NCBI GenBank assembly: GCA_040386535.1
Contig: JAZKFH010000025.1
Location: forward strand, 140,994-204,993
Source of the DNA: Myxococcota bacterium
Lineage (GTDB): Bacteria; Myxococcota_A; UBA796; SXON01
Reading direction: 5' to 3'
DNA: 64,000 nucleotides
Positions within the stretch are counted from its first letter, which is position 1. Each line of letters opens with the position of its first letter. Below the pieces are notes generated by a model, which was given only the letters and a program-made list of their open reading frames with translations, was not told the origin of the DNA and searched no databases. Of this stretch, positions 47,997-58,261 are shown piece after piece. The position numbers and the translations under genes are program-made.

Positions 47997-49441
47997 TCCG
48001 CGTCCCAGTAGCCGCGCGCCTTGAGCTGCTCGCGCAGAGCCGGTGGGGTCTCGATCGCGGCGTCGGTGACCGGGAGGTGGAGGGTGCTCTCCCAGGCGAC
48101 GAGCTCGCCGCGGAGCGCCTCCTGCGCCTCGATCGGCAGGCCGGGGGAGGCCTCGAACGCGGGCCCGGGGAGCTGCGCGGTGGCGAGCAGATCGTTGAGC
48201 GCGGGCTCCGTGGACTGGACGCCCATGTAGGTGAGGCGGCCCGCCGCGCTGCGGGCCGAGGCCATGCGGAAGCCCTTTCCGCCGAGGGTGATGGCGACGT
48301 CGCGCCCGGGGAAGGGGGCTCCCTCGAGTGCGGGCACCAGCGAGGAGCCGCGGATGCCGGCCGGCGGTTCGGCGCCCACGAGCGCCAGGAGGGTGGGGAG
48401 CACGTCGACGAGCTCGACGAGGCCGTCTACCCGCCGGCCGCCACCCTCCGCCCCGGGCAGGCGCACCAGGAGCGGCACGTGGGAGACCTCGTCGCCCAGC
48501 GAACAACAGCGGTGGTACAGCCCGTTTTCGCCGAGCTGCTCGCCGTGGTCGGCGAGCACGACGATGACGGTGTCGTCGAGGCGGCCACGCTGGGCCAGCC
48601 GCGCCATGAACGTGCCGAACCAGGCGTCGGCGTAGGACACGGCGCCGTCGTACACGTCGTGGACGAGGGCCTCCTGGTCGGCGCTCACGGGGGCCAGCGG
48701 CGGCTGCACGGCGTCACCCAGCTCCGCCAGGGCGGCCCGCGCGGCGGGCGAGCGGGGGCGAAGATATTTCTGCGTCACGATGTCGAGCAGCTCGACGCTG
48801 GGGTGCATCCGGCCGTCCATCACGTGATGCGTGGAGCGGAGGATCTCCCGCTCGCGGGGGGCCACGGGCAGCGCCTCCGCGTGCACGAGCCCGAACGGGG
48901 CGGGCTTGAGGTAGGCGGCGTGGGTGTCGTAGCTGTGCACGAACAGGAAGAACGGTCGCGACGGGTCGCTGGCGTCCAGCCACTCCAGGGCCAGGGGGAC
49001 CGTGTGGTAGAGGGACCCGAAGTCGACCGCGCTCACATAGCTGTCGAACCCCTTGGTCGGCCCGATCTCGGGTGCCAGGTCCGCGCCCGCCACTCGCGCC
49101 GCCGTCTGGTAGCCGTAGGCGCCCAGCACCTGCGGCAGTGTGTACATGTCCGCCGGGATGTTCGCCGCGCGTGTGCTCCCCGCGGACTCGGGCGGGTAGC
49201 GGCTGGTGAACAGGCTCGTGTGCGAGGGCGTCGTGATCGTCGCCTGGCTGTACGCCTGGGTGAACACGACGCTCTCGGCCGCGAAGTGGTCGAGGTTGGG
49301 CGTGAGCCCGTCCGGGTTGCCGAGGGCGCCCACCCGGTCGGCACGAAAGGTGTCGAGCGACACGAGGAGGATGTTGGGCGGGCCCTCGCGAGCGGGGGCG
49401 CACGCGGTCCAGGACACCATCAGGGCGAGGGGGAGGCGCAT
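47993..49441 (-). CDS. sulfatase-like lipoprotein
   Basis: PNILLVSLDTFRAD, TITTPSHTSLFT, ADHGE, VPLLV, LKARGY. Confidence 0.87.
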   Translation of the reverse strand: MRLPLALMVSWTACAPAREGPPNILLVSLDTFRADRVGALGNPDGLTPNLDHFAAESVVFTQAYSQATITTPSHTSLFTSRYPPESAGSTRAANIPADMYTLPQVLGAYGYQTAARVAGADLAPEIGPTKGFDSYVSAVDFGSLYHTVPLALEWLDASDPSRPFFLFVHSYDTHAAYLKPAPFGLVHAEALPVAPREREILRSTHHVMDGRMHPSVELLDIVTQKYLRPRSPAARAALAELGDAVQPPLAPVSADQEALVHDVYDGAVSYADAWFGTFMARLAQRGRLDDTVIVVLADHGEQLGENGLYHRCCSLGDEVSHVPLLVRLPGAEGGGRRVDGLVELVDVLPTLLALVGAEPPAGIRGSSLVPALEGAPFPGRDVAITLGGKGFRMASARSAAGRLTYMGVQSTEPALNDLLATAQLPGPAFEASPGLPIEAQEALRGELVAWESTLHLPVTDAAIETPPALREQLKARGYWDAE

Positions 49442-49499
49442 CCGCCTGCGACTGTAGCGCCAGATGCGGGGATCCGCGCCAGCGCTACGATCCCGCGGC

Positions 49500-52103
49500 T
49501 CACTCGCCGATGGCGAGCAGCTCCACCAGGGGGCCGTCCGGGTTCGTGTTGCCGCGCAGATCGATGCGGCCCTCGATCGACCAACGCGCCACGTCCTCCG
49601 CCTCTCCGGTGTCGAACGCGTAGGTGTCGGTCGCGTTGGGATCGAGCGGCGCCAGCAGTGTCTGGCGGACGATCCAGCGGTGGGGGCCGTCGGGCTTGAC
49701 CGACGTGAGGGTGGCGAGCCGGGCGCGATGGTCGAACGCCACGTCGCCGTACTCCTCGAGGAACGGCGTGAGGGCGCGCTCGATCTCCTCGGGGCTCCAG
49801 GGGCCGTCCTCGTGGGTCGCATCCGGAGTGCGGCGCACGCTGGCCGAGGCCTCCTCCCAGTCTCGAAGCGAGAACGCACGAACGAGCGCGTGGAGCTCGG
49901 CGCGCACGCGGGCCATGAACGAGCGACGGTCCTCCGAGATGTCGACAGGGCGGGACGCGTCGGCCGCGGGAGCGTCTCCGCCGGCCATCAAGGTCTCCCA
50001 CTCGGTGAGCAGGCTCGCGTCCACCAGCCCGAGCATCGTGCGCAGCCACGCGATGAGGTCGGTGAGGGCGTCGGTGTGCAGATCGACCGGGACGTTCTGG
50101 ACGAGCGCCTTGTACACCTCGGTGAGGTAGCGGAGAAGCACGCCTTCGGAGCGCTGAAGCCCGAGATCCTTCACGTAGTCCGAGAAGGAGATGAACGACT
50201 CCGCCATCTCCCGGACGACCGACTTGGGCCGGATCGCCTCACCGTTCACCCAGGGGTGGCTCGCGGTGTAGGCGTTGAAGAAGTCGTAGATCGCCTGCGC
50301 GTTCGGCTTGGGCCAGGTCACGTCTTCGAGCGCCACGATGCGGTCCTCGAAGGGCACGCCCTGCGCCTTGAGCTCCTGCATGAGCTTGTACTTGGCCTTG
50401 TCCTCCTGCCGCATGAGCACCGCGCGCGGGTGCTCGAGGATGGCCTCGACCCAACTCACGGTGTCGAGTGTGTGGGTAGGGGACGCGGGATCCATCTGGG
50501 CGAGCGCGTGGAGAAGGAACAACGACAACGAGTGGTGCAGGCTGAAGTCGCTCTGGAGCGTGGGGTCGAGCTCCATCGGCCCGCCCTTCTCCACGCCGGT
50601 CTGGCCGACCAGCCCGGCGTTCACGAGGCCGATGAGCATCGCCTCCGTAGTCGCCCGTAACTTCTCACGTTCCGCCGCGGACGCGTGGCTCTTCTCGATG
50701 AGATCCAGCATCGCCTGGTAGCCGGGCCGCGCGTCTCCCGTGGTCTCCTCGGCGTGCTGCATCAGCGCGAGCAGGCGCCCGTGGTCGACCGAGAAGGTGC
50801 TCTCGAGGGCCTCGGGCGGGCGCTCCACCAGCTGCTTGAAGATCTCCTCGTCCCAGTGTTTGTAGCCCTTGGTCGGCGGCTGGGCCTTCACGATCTTCCT
50901 GCGCTTCTTCGGGTCTGTCACCCGCGCGTCGACCCGCGCGTTCTCGATGACGTGCTCGGGCGCCTGCGCCACGACATACCCGACGGTGTCGAAGCCCGCG
51001 CGGCCCGCGCGCCCGGCGATCTGCTTGAAGTCGCGCACCTTCAGGATGCCGACCTTCTCCCCGTCGAACTTGCACAGCTGGGTGAACAGCACGGTGCGGA
51101 TCGGCACGTTGATGCCGACGCCGAGCGTGTCCGTACCGCAGATGACCTTGAGCAGGCCCTGCTGGGCGAGCCGCTCCACGAGCAGGCGGTAGCGGGGCAA
51201 CAGGCCCGCGTGGTGCAGGCCGATGCCATGCAGCACGTAGCGGCGGACGGTGGCGCCGAAGGGGCTGTGGAACCGGAACCCCTTCGTGGCCTCCGCCAGC
51301 GCCTTCTTCTCCTCCTTCGTGCAGTAGTCCACGCTCATGAGCGCCTGGGCCTGCTCGGTGGCGGCGCTCTGGGTGAAGTGCACGACGTACACGGGCGCGC
51401 GGCCGCCGCGCACCAGCTCGCCGATCGCCTCGTGGATCGGCCGCATGCTGTATTCGAACGTGAGGGGAACGGGGCGGAGCGCGCCCTTGACCTCGGCCAC
51501 GGTGCGGCCGGTGCGGGCCGCGAGGTCGGCGCGGATGACGCTGGTGTCCCCGAGGGTGGCGGACATGAGCAGGAACGTGGTCTGCGGGAGCGTGAGGAGC
51601 GGGATCTGCCACGCCATGCCGCGGTCGCGGTCGGCGTAGTAGTGGAACTCGTCCATCACGACGGTGTCGGCCTTGGTGTCCGCGCCCTCGCGCAGGGCGA
51701 GGTTCGCCAGGATCTCGGCGGTGCAACACAGGATCGGCGCCGTGCGGTTCACCGCGCCGTCCCCCGTCATCATGCCCACGTGCTCGGGCCCGAAGATCTT
51801 GCACAGCGCGAAGAACTTCTCGCTCACCAGCGCCTTGATGGGCGCGGTGTACCAGGTGCGGCCGAGCTCGCAGAAGGTCTTGAAGTGCAGCGCGATCGCG
51901 ACGAGCGACTTGCCCGAACCGGTCGGCGCGTCAAGCACGACGTGGTTGCCCGCGAAGATCTCGAGGACCGCCTCCTCCTGGTGCGGGTAGAGCGTGACCC
52001 CGGTGTCGGCCACCCACTGGAGGAAGGCGCCGAGCATGTCGTCGGGGTGGGCGAAGCCCTTCTCGGGGATGCGTTCGTCGAGGCGGAGGGAGGTCTCGGA
52101 CAT
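49500..52103 (-). CDS. Ski2/HelY-like DEAD/DEAH helicase with DUF3516-type C-terminus
   Basis: APTGSGKS, PIKAL, DEFH, SAT, HHAG, QIAGRAGR, RSEGVLLRYL. Confidence 0.9.
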   Translation of the reverse strand: MSETSLRLDERIPEKGFAHPDDMLGAFLQWVADTGVTLYPHQEEAVLEIFAGNHVVLDAPTGSGKSLVAIALHFKTFCELGRTWYTAPIKALVSEKFFALCKIFGPEHVGMMTGDGAVNRTAPILCCTAEILANLALREGADTKADTVVMDEFHYYADRDRGMAWQIPLLTLPQTTFLLMSATLGDTSVIRADLAARTGRTVAEVKGALRPVPLTFEYSMRPIHEAIGELVRGGRAPVYVVHFTQSAATEQAQALMSVDYCTKEEKKALAEATKGFRFHSPFGATVRRYVLHGIGLHHAGLLPRYRLLVERLAQQGLLKVICGTDTLGVGINVPIRTVLFTQLCKFDGEKVGILKVRDFKQIAGRAGRAGFDTVGYVVAQAPEHVIENARVDARVTDPKKRRKIVKAQPPTKGYKHWDEEIFKQLVERPPEALESTFSVDHGRLLALMQHAEETTGDARPGYQAMLDLIEKSHASAAEREKLRATTEAMLIGLVNAGLVGQTGVEKGGPMELDPTLQSDFSLHHSLSLFLLHALAQMDPASPTHTLDTVSWVEAILEHPRAVLMRQEDKAKYKLMQELKAQGVPFEDRIVALEDVTWPKPNAQAIYDFFNAYTASHPWVNGEAIRPKSVVREMAESFISFSDYVKDLGLQRSEGVLLRYLTEVYKALVQNVPVDLHTDALTDLIAWLRTMLGLVDASLLTEWETLMAGGDAPAADASRPVDISEDRRSFMARVRAELHALVRAFSLRDWEEASASVRRTPDATHEDGPWSPEEIERALTPFLEEYGDVAFDHRARLATLTSVKPDGPHRWIVRQTLLAPLDPNATDTYAFDTGEAEDVARWSIEGRIDLRGNTNPDGPLVELLAIGE

Positions 52104-52115
52104 CGTGTCTTCTAA

Positions 52116-53435
52116 CTAGTTCACCGAGAAGGGGAACGCGGTGTAGACCGGCGGCTCCAGCGGCGTGCCGTCGTTGTTGACCAGCTCCAGGCGGAGCGTG
52201 TGCGCGCCCGGGAGCAGCCCGCTCACGGCGTGGGTGCCGGCGGCCGTCTCCGCGACGAGGGCCCCGTCGATGAGGATCGCCGCGTGGCCGACGTGCCGGC
52301 CGTTCTCCCCGCCCATCGCCGAGGCGTCGAGCGTGAAGTTCTCCACGGCGAAGGCGACCTCGAACGCCGGGCCCATCGCCCAGTCGCGGCCGGGGTAGCT
52401 CACCGCCACGTTGGGTCGGTCGGCGGGGATGGTGACCCACATGCGGTCGCGCACCGCGGTCTCGACCAGGTCGTTGCCGGTGAGGACGACCTCGAACAGG
52501 TGTTCGCCGGGCGCCACGCCTTCGAGCACGAAGTCGGTCACGGCCCGGCCGTCCAACCACTCGCCGTCGAGGAACATGTGCCAATAGCCGGAGCCGGCGA
52601 TGGGCAGGCCCGTGCCGTCGGGCTCGGCCAGGGTGAAGTTGGTGGTCGAGAGGCGGATCGGCAGGGTTGCGCTGTCCCACGGGACCGCCGCCACCGCGCG
52701 GTCGAAGAAGACGCCGGGCGCGAGGTCGGGCACCGTCACCGACATCTCCTTCACGATGGGCGGCAGGAGCGAGGCGCCCATGTTGGTCACGAGCTCCACC
52801 TGCACGGTGTGCGCGCCCGGGACCAGCCCTGTCACCTCGATGGGGAGCATCGGATCGACGCTCCAGTCGCGGAACTGGCCGTCCGCCTTGACGATGACGT
52901 GGCCCTCGCCGAACAGATCGGGCTCGCCGCGCATGGGCATCACGTCGAAGCCGGCCACGCTGAAGCTGAGCGGGCTGTTGCTGCGGTCGAGCACGGCGCC
53001 GTCGTTGGGGGCGGTGATCGCGAGGGTGGGCACCGCCACCGGGAAGTCGCGCTGCACCGCCACGTCGAGCTCGGAGTGGTCGTTGCGCGCGAGGCGCACC
53101 TCGAGCGAGCGCATGCCCTCTTCGAGCCCGGTGATGACGAAGGTGCCGTCCGTCGACTCGCCGAGGAGCTCGTTGTCCAGGTACACGTGGGCGTGCCCGT
53201 GCCCGGCCTCGTTCGCGCCGTCCAGACCCGACGCGTCGAGGGTGAAGTCGGTCACCTCGTAGCGGACCTCGGCGGGCGCGCCGTAGAAGCCCTGGTCCGC
53301 GGCCGGCGTGACCAGGGTGAGGGTGGGCGTGCCGCCGGACCCGGGATCGTCGCCCGGATCCGGCTTTTTCGGGCCCCCCTCGGACAGCGGGCCCTCACAC
53401 CCCACGAGCAATACAAGAGCGGTCATTCGTACCAT
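52116..53435 (-). CDS. lipoprotein with four tandem beta-sandwich repeats carrying GH/His motifs
   Basis: LVGC lipobox; repeats with GHAHVYLD, GHVIVKAD, GYWHMFLD, GHAAILID. Confidence 0.78.
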   Translation of the reverse strand: MVRMTALVLLVGCEGPLSEGGPKKPDPGDDPGSGGTPTLTLVTPAADQGFYGAPAEVRYEVTDFTLDASGLDGANEAGHGHAHVYLDNELLGESTDGTFVITGLEEGMRSLEVRLARNDHSELDVAVQRDFPVAVPTLAITAPNDGAVLDRSNSPLSFSVAGFDVMPMRGEPDLFGEGHVIVKADGQFRDWSVDPMLPIEVTGLVPGAHTVQVELVTNMGASLLPPIVKEMSVTVPDLAPGVFFDRAVAAVPWDSATLPIRLSTTNFTLAEPDGTGLPIAGSGYWHMFLDGEWLDGRAVTDFVLEGVAPGEHLFEVVLTGNDLVETAVRDRMWVTIPADRPNVAVSYPGRDWAMGPAFEVAFAVENFTLDASAMGGENGRHVGHAAILIDGALVAETAAGTHAVSGLLPGAHTLRLELVNNDGTPLEPPVYTAFPFSVN

Positions 53436-53498
53436 TGGACCCCCGGTTTCCGTGGATCCGATGTAGGCACGGGCGCCCAACCCCTGTCTGGGCGGGTG

Positions 53499-53768
53499 TT
53501 ACTTCACGTCATGGACGGACGCGTCCATCTCGGCGTTGAAGTCGGTGCGCAGGCGGATGAGCGGCTTGAAGCCGTCGTGGCTCGTCTCCCCGATGAACTT
53601 CATCGCGGGGCCGTTCCGCGCGCCGTTCACGTCGACCTCGTTGAAGTCGAGCTCGGTCGACTTCTGGTAGATGATCGGCCGGCTGGGGGTGGCCTCCTCT
53701 TCCTGCGCGAGGGCGACGGTGGAGAACGCGAGGGGCAGGGCGACGAGAATCAGGGCGAGACGCTTCAT
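53499..53768 (-). CDS. CglF/GltF-like small secreted gliding-motility protein
   Basis: 89 aa, signal peptide ALA-Q, YQKSTELDFNEVDVNG...P...LIRLRTDFNAEM...SV pattern. Confidence 0.7.
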   Translation of the reverse strand: MKRLALILVALPLAFSTVALAQEEEATPSRPIIYQKSTELDFNEVDVNGARNGPAMKFIGETSHDGFKPLIRLRTDFNAEMDASVHDVK

Positions 53769-53887
53769 GACGGACCTCCACCCGCGCAACGGCGGGCACG
53801 GGACAGGCCTTTCAGTGGGTGGGAGAAACGCTCGAATAAAATGATGCACGGCGCCGCGCGTTAAGGTGCGACACCTCGAGATCAGCC

Positions 53888-54484
53888 ATGTCCCTCCTCT
53901 TCCTCGCCCTCACCGCTTGCGGCACCTCCCACGAGGCCACCGCCGAGACCCCGCCCGTCGTCGTCGTGGAGGCGCCCCCCGCCACGCCTCCGGTGTCGAC
54001 CCCTTCCACGCCGACGAGCCCGACGCCCACCGGCGACCCGACCGGCCCGGATACCTGGACCATCGGCGTCGTGGATGCGCCACAAAAGGTGGCGGGGGTG
54101 CCCGCGCAGGTGGCCTCGGTGCGCTCGGCCAGTCATGAGGGGTTCGATCGTATCGTGTGGGAATTCAAGGGCGATCGGCTTCCCGGGCATCACCTCGAAT
54201 ACGTGGACCGCCCGGCGCGGGACTGCGGGGCCGGCACCGCGCTCGAGATCGCCGGCGACGCGCTCCTGCTCGTCCAGTTCACCCCCGCCTCCGCCCATGA
54301 CGACGCGGGCGCCTCCACCACCGAGAAGGAGGCGAAGCCGGCCCTCGCGAACGTGCGCGAGATCGAGCGCACGTGTGACTTCGAGGGCGTGGTGGCCTTT
54401 GTCGTGGGGGTGGGGGCGCCCAACCCGTTCCGCGTGTTCGAGCTCACGGCGCCGGCGCGGCTGGTGGTCGACGTCAAGCGCTGA
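53888..54484 (+). CDS. AMIN-like domain lipoprotein
   Basis: LTAC lipobox, Pro/Thr linker, [23 protein letters not shown]. Confidence 0.78.
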   Translation: MSLLFLALTACGTSHEATAETPPVVVVEAPPATPPVSTPSTPTSPTPTGDPTGPDTWTIGVVDAPQKVAGVPAQVASVRSASHEGFDRIVWEFKGDRLPGHHLEYVDRPARDCGAGTALEIAGDALLLVQFTPASAHDDAGASTTEKEAKPALANVREIERTCDFEGVVAFVVGVGAPNPFRVFELTAPARLVVDVKR

Positions 54485-54539
54485 CCCGGGGTTAGATGGG
54501 CGGTCACCTGAACCTCCCCCGCCCCCCGGAGCCGCCCCC

Positions 54540-55649
54540 ATGAAGACCCGCGCCGCTGTCGCCTTCGAAGCCGGAAAGCCCCTCGAGATCGTCGAGCTCG
54601 ACCTGGAGGGCCCCAAGGAGGGCGAGGTCCTCGTCGAGCTCAAGGCCACCGGCATCTGTCACACGGACGCGTTCACCCTCTCCGGGGATGATCCGGAGGG
54701 CCTGTTCCCCGCCGTGCTCGGGCATGAGGGCGCGGGCGTCGTGGTCGAGGTCGGCGCGGGCGTGCGCTCGCTCAAGGCGGGCGACCACGTCATCCCGCTC
54801 TACACCCCCGAGTGCCGCGAGTGCGACTATTGCCTCTCGGGCAAGACCAACCTCTGCCAGCGCATCCGCGCGACCCAGGGCCGCGGCGTGATGCCCGACG
54901 GCACCAGCCGGTTCAGCTACAACGGCAAGATGGTGCACCACTACATGGGCACCTCGACCTTCTCCCACTACACCGTGCTCCCCGAGATCTCCCTGGCGAA
55001 GATCCGGCCGGACGCCCCGTTCGAGAAGGCCTGCTACGTCGGCTGCGGCGTCACCACCGGGCTCGGCGCCGCGATCTGGACCGCGAAGGTGACCCCCGGC
55101 GCGAACTGTGTCGTGTTCGGCCTCGGCGGCATCGGCCTGAACGTCATCCAGGGCCTCCGGCTCGCCGGCGCCCGGCAGATCGTGGGTGTCGACCTGAACC
55201 CCTCGCGCGAGGCCTGGGGCCGCCGCTTCGGCATGACCCACTTCGTCAACCCGAACGACGTGCAGGGCGATCTCGTGGCGCACCTCGTGGCCCTCACCAA
55301 CGGCGGCGCCGACTTCAGCTTCGAGTGTGTCGGCAACGTGAAGGTGATGCGGACCGCGCTCGAGTGCTGCCACAAGGGCTGGGGCGAGTCGATCATCATC
55401 GGCGTCGCGGGCGCCGGGCAGGAGATCAGCACGCGGCCCTTCCAGCTCGTCACCGGGCGCGTCTGGCGCGGCTCGGCCTTCGGCGGGGCGCGCGGCCGCA
55501 CGGACGTGCCGAAGATCGTCGACTGGTACATGGAGGGGAAGATCGAGATCGACCCGATGATCACCCACATGATGCCGCTGGAGGACATCAACAAGGCGTT
55601 CGACCTGATGCACCACGGCGAGTCGATCCGCTCGGTCGTCGTCTACTGA
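54540..55649 (+). CDS. frmA: S-(hydroxymethyl)glutathione dehydrogenase / class III ADH
   Basis: [30 protein letters not shown]. Confidence 0.96.
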   Translation: MKTRAAVAFEAGKPLEIVELDLEGPKEGEVLVELKATGICHTDAFTLSGDDPEGLFPAVLGHEGAGVVVEVGAGVRSLKAGDHVIPLYTPECRECDYCLSGKTNLCQRIRATQGRGVMPDGTSRFSYNGKMVHHYMGTSTFSHYTVLPEISLAKIRPDAPFEKACYVGCGVTTGLGAAIWTAKVTPGANCVVFGLGGIGLNVIQGLRLAGARQIVGVDLNPSREAWGRRFGMTHFVNPNDVQGDLVAHLVALTNGGADFSFECVGNVKVMRTALECCHKGWGESIIIGVAGAGQEISTRPFQLVTGRVWRGSAFGGARGRTDVPKIVDWYMEGKIEIDPMITHMMPLEDINKAFDLMHHGESIRSVVVY

Positions 55650-56497
55650 TGGACAGCCTCCTCACCCGCACCTCGGCGTACCGCTGCTTCGACGGCGACC
55701 AGCTCCAGTTCACGCACCCCTCCGAGGCGACCGGCGGCACGATGACCGTGTCCGTCTACCTGCCTCCGCAGGCGAACGTGGAGCGGGTGCCGGTGTTGTG
55801 GTGGCTCTCCGGCCTGTCCTGCACGGACCAGAACTTCGTCACCAAGGCCGGGGCGCAGCGATACGCCGCGGAGCACGGCATCGCCATCGTGGCGCCGGAC
55901 ACCTCGCCGCGCGGGGCGGACGTGCCCGGCGATCCCGACGGCGCCTGGGACTTCGGGCAGAGCGCGGGCTTCTATGTCGACGCGACGCAGGCCCCGTGGG
56001 CGCGCAACTACCGGATGTACAGCTACGTCCGGGACGAGCTGCCCGCCGTGCTCGCGTCCCTGCCGCTCGACTTCGATCGGCAGGCGATCAGCGGCCACTC
56101 GATGGGCGGGCACGGGGCCCTGGTGCTCGCGCTCCGCAACCCTGGCCGGTTCCGCTCGGTGTCCGCGTTCGCGCCGATCGTGGCCCCCTCCGAGGTGCCC
56201 TGGGGCCACAAGGCCCTGGGTCGCTACCTCGGCCCCGACCGCGCCGCGTGGCACGCCTACGACGCTGTCTCCCTCGTGGAGAACGCGCCCGAGCGGCTCC
56301 CCCTGCTCGTGGATCAGGGCCTCGCCGACCCCTTCCTGGCCCGCGAGCTCCAGCCCGAGCGGCTCGAAGCGGCGTGCGCACGTGTGGGGCACCCGCTCTC
56401 CCTGCGCCGCCGCGAGGGCTACGACCACAGCTACTTCTTCGTCGCCACCTACATCGGCGAGCACGTGGCCTGGCACGCGAAAGCCCTCCACGACTGA
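55649..56497 (+). CDS. fghA: S-formylglutathione hydrolase
   Basis: WLSGLSC, PDTSPRG, GHSMGGHG, GYDHSYFF; TGATG coupling to frmA. Confidence 0.95.
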   Translation: MDSLLTRTSAYRCFDGDQLQFTHPSEATGGTMTVSVYLPPQANVERVPVLWWLSGLSCTDQNFVTKAGAQRYAAEHGIAIVAPDTSPRGADVPGDPDGAWDFGQSAGFYVDATQAPWARNYRMYSYVRDELPAVLASLPLDFDRQAISGHSMGGHGALVLALRNPGRFRSVSAFAPIVAPSEVPWGHKALGRYLGPDRAAWHAYDAVSLVENAPERLPLLVDQGLADPFLARELQPERLEAACARVGHPLSLRRREGYDHSYFFVATYIGEHVAWHAKALHD

Positions 56498-56503
56498 CGA
56501 CGA

Positions 56504-57244
56504 TCAGTCCGCGATCGCGGCCGAGAGGTGCAGGAGCAGGGTGAGCGCCACGAGCGTCCACCAGGGCCATCGGAGCGAGGTGAGGGGCACCCCGTCCGCC
56601 TGCTGGCGTGCGAGGCCGAGGCCGGCCAGCGCGAGCGGGGCCACGAGCAGGACGCCCGACGCGAAGCCGAGGTGCGCCTCGCTGGGCGGCGGCTCGTCGT
56701 GCAGCAGCTTCACGAAGGTGGCGACCGGTGGGGCGGCGAGGAGCACGATCACCGCGACGGCGAGGCGGCCCCGGGGGAGGGCGCCGCCGCCCCGCGCGAG
56801 CACGAGCACGGCGCCCCCGAGGAACGCCGCCGTGAGCGCGGCCCAGCCCCCGACGTGGAGGAACCACCCCACGTGGTAGGTCAACTTGTCGAACATCAGC
56901 GCGAACGAGGGGCCCGCGAGCGCCACCATCAACGCGACGGTTGCCCCGTAGGCGTGGAGCCCGAGCGAGACGAGCGCACGCCCGACCGGAGCGCCGCGAT
57001 AGGGGAACACGAGCAGCAGCACGGTGACGATGAAGAGCGGCACGAACGCGGCCACGCCCCCCTGCTGTGCGTACAGCTCCAGCCCCGAGTAGTCCGTCAT
57101 CTTCCCGTTGGCGCAGTCGCGGGCGGTGACAAAGGGGAGGAGGAGGGTCGCCTGGGTGAGGATCAGCCAGAGACGTTGGGACAGGGGGAGCGGGGGCGGT
57201 GTCTCCGCCATGGGGCGACCGGGTGTGGCCGCATCATGGCTCAC
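56504..57244 (-). CDS. hypothetical integral membrane protein
   Basis: About 7 hydrophobic segments; start uncertain. Confidence 0.65.
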   Translation of the reverse strand: MSHDAATPGRPMAETPPPLPLSQRLWLILTQATLLLPFVTARDCANGKMTDYSGLELYAQQGGVAAFVPLFIVTVLLLVFPYRGAPVGRALVSLGLHAYGATVALMVALAGPSFALMFDKLTYHVGWFLHVGGWAALTAAFLGGAVLVLARGGGALPRGRLAVAVIVLLAAPPVATFVKLLHDEPPPSEAHLGFASGVLLVAPLALAGLGLARQQADGVPLTSLRWPWWTLVALTLLLHLSAAIAD

Positions 57245-57258
57245 GATAGGATGCGCGC

Positions 57259-57585
57259 ATGACCGATCTCGTCGTCGTGTACATCACCGCTCCCGACTCG
57301 GACGTCGCCTCCCGCATCGGTCGCACCTTGGTGGAAGAGGAGCTGGCGGCCTGCTGCAACCTCGTGCCGGGGGTGCGCTCCATCTACCGGTGGGAGGGCG
57401 TCGTGCAGGACGACGCAGAGGTGCTCATGATCCTGAAGACGCGCGCCGCCCTGGTCGAGGCGCTCACCGCTCGGGTCGTCGCCTTGCATCCGTATGCACT
57501 GCCCGAGGTGGTCGCGCTCCCGGTGCTCGCCGGGCACGCGCCGTACCTGGATTGGGTGCGCGAAGGAACCACACGAGCGCCGTGA
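57259..57585 (+). CDS. cutA: divalent-cation tolerance protein CutA
   Basis: LAAC, SIYRWEG, LKT, HPYALPE, YLDW. Confidence 0.94.
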   Translation: MTDLVVVYITAPDSDVASRIGRTLVEEELAACCNLVPGVRSIYRWEGVVQDDAEVLMILKTRAALVEALTARVVALHPYALPEVVALPVLAGHAPYLDWVREGTTRAP

Positions 57586-57592
57586 CGAGCGC

Positions 57593-58261
57593 ATGACAGA
57601 GCTGCGTTACCGTCGCTGGGGAGATCACGTGAACGCCCACCGCCCCGGCTTCCGCCCCGCCAACCACACCCGCAGCGTGTTCCACGCGCTCTCTGGTGTC
57701 GTCGCCCTCCTCGCCATCCAGCACGTCTTCACCCCCAACACGATGGTCCTCGCGGCCTTCGTGTTCTGCGTGTGGGGCTGGGGCATGGAGGTCAGCCGCC
57801 GCCGGCTGCCCGCCGTGAACACCTTCCTGATGAAGGTGTTCGGGCCGATCGCGCATCCGCACGAATCGTACCGCATCAACTCCGCCACCTGGTACGTGAC
57901 GGCGCTGCTCGCCCTCTCGCTCACCGCGTCGCCGATGGCCTGCTCGCTGGCGGTGATCGTGCTCGGTGTCGGTGATCCCGCCGCGGCGTTCGTGGGCCGG
58001 CGCTGGGGTCGGACCCGGCTCGCCTCGGGCCGCTCGGTCGAAGGATCGCTGGGCTTCGTCGGCTTCGCGGGCCTCGCCGCGGCGCTCACCCTGGCCATCT
58101 ACTACCCGCACCTCGGCGCAGCCCAGCTGGTCACGCTCGCGCTGGTGTCCGCGCTCGCCGGCGCCATCGCCGAGCTCGTGACCGCCGGGCTGGATGACAA
58201 CCTCGTCATCCCCCTCGCCGCCGCCGCCGGCGCCTCATTCGTGGCGGCGGTCTTCGCGTAG
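57593..58261 (+). CDS. CTP-dependent diacylglycerol/polyprenol (phytol/dolichol-type) kinase
   Basis: RSVFH, GDPAAAFVGRRWG, RSVEGS, DDNLVIP. Confidence 0.85.
   Translation: MTELRYRRWGDHVNAHRPGFRPANHTRSVFHALSGVVALLAIQHVFTPNTMVLAAFVFCVWGWGMEVSRRRLPAVNTFLMKVFGPIAHPHESYRINSATWYVTALLALSLTASPMACSLAVIVLGVGDPAAAFVGRRWGRTRLASGRSVEGSLGFVGFAGLAAALTLAIYYPHLGAAQLVTLALVSALAGAIAELVTAGLDDNLVIPLAAAAGASFVAAVFA

Noticed and set aside
54485..54539. FrmR operator upstream of frmA
   Set aside because: C-tracts are present, but there is no flanking inverted repeat and no frmR gene nearby
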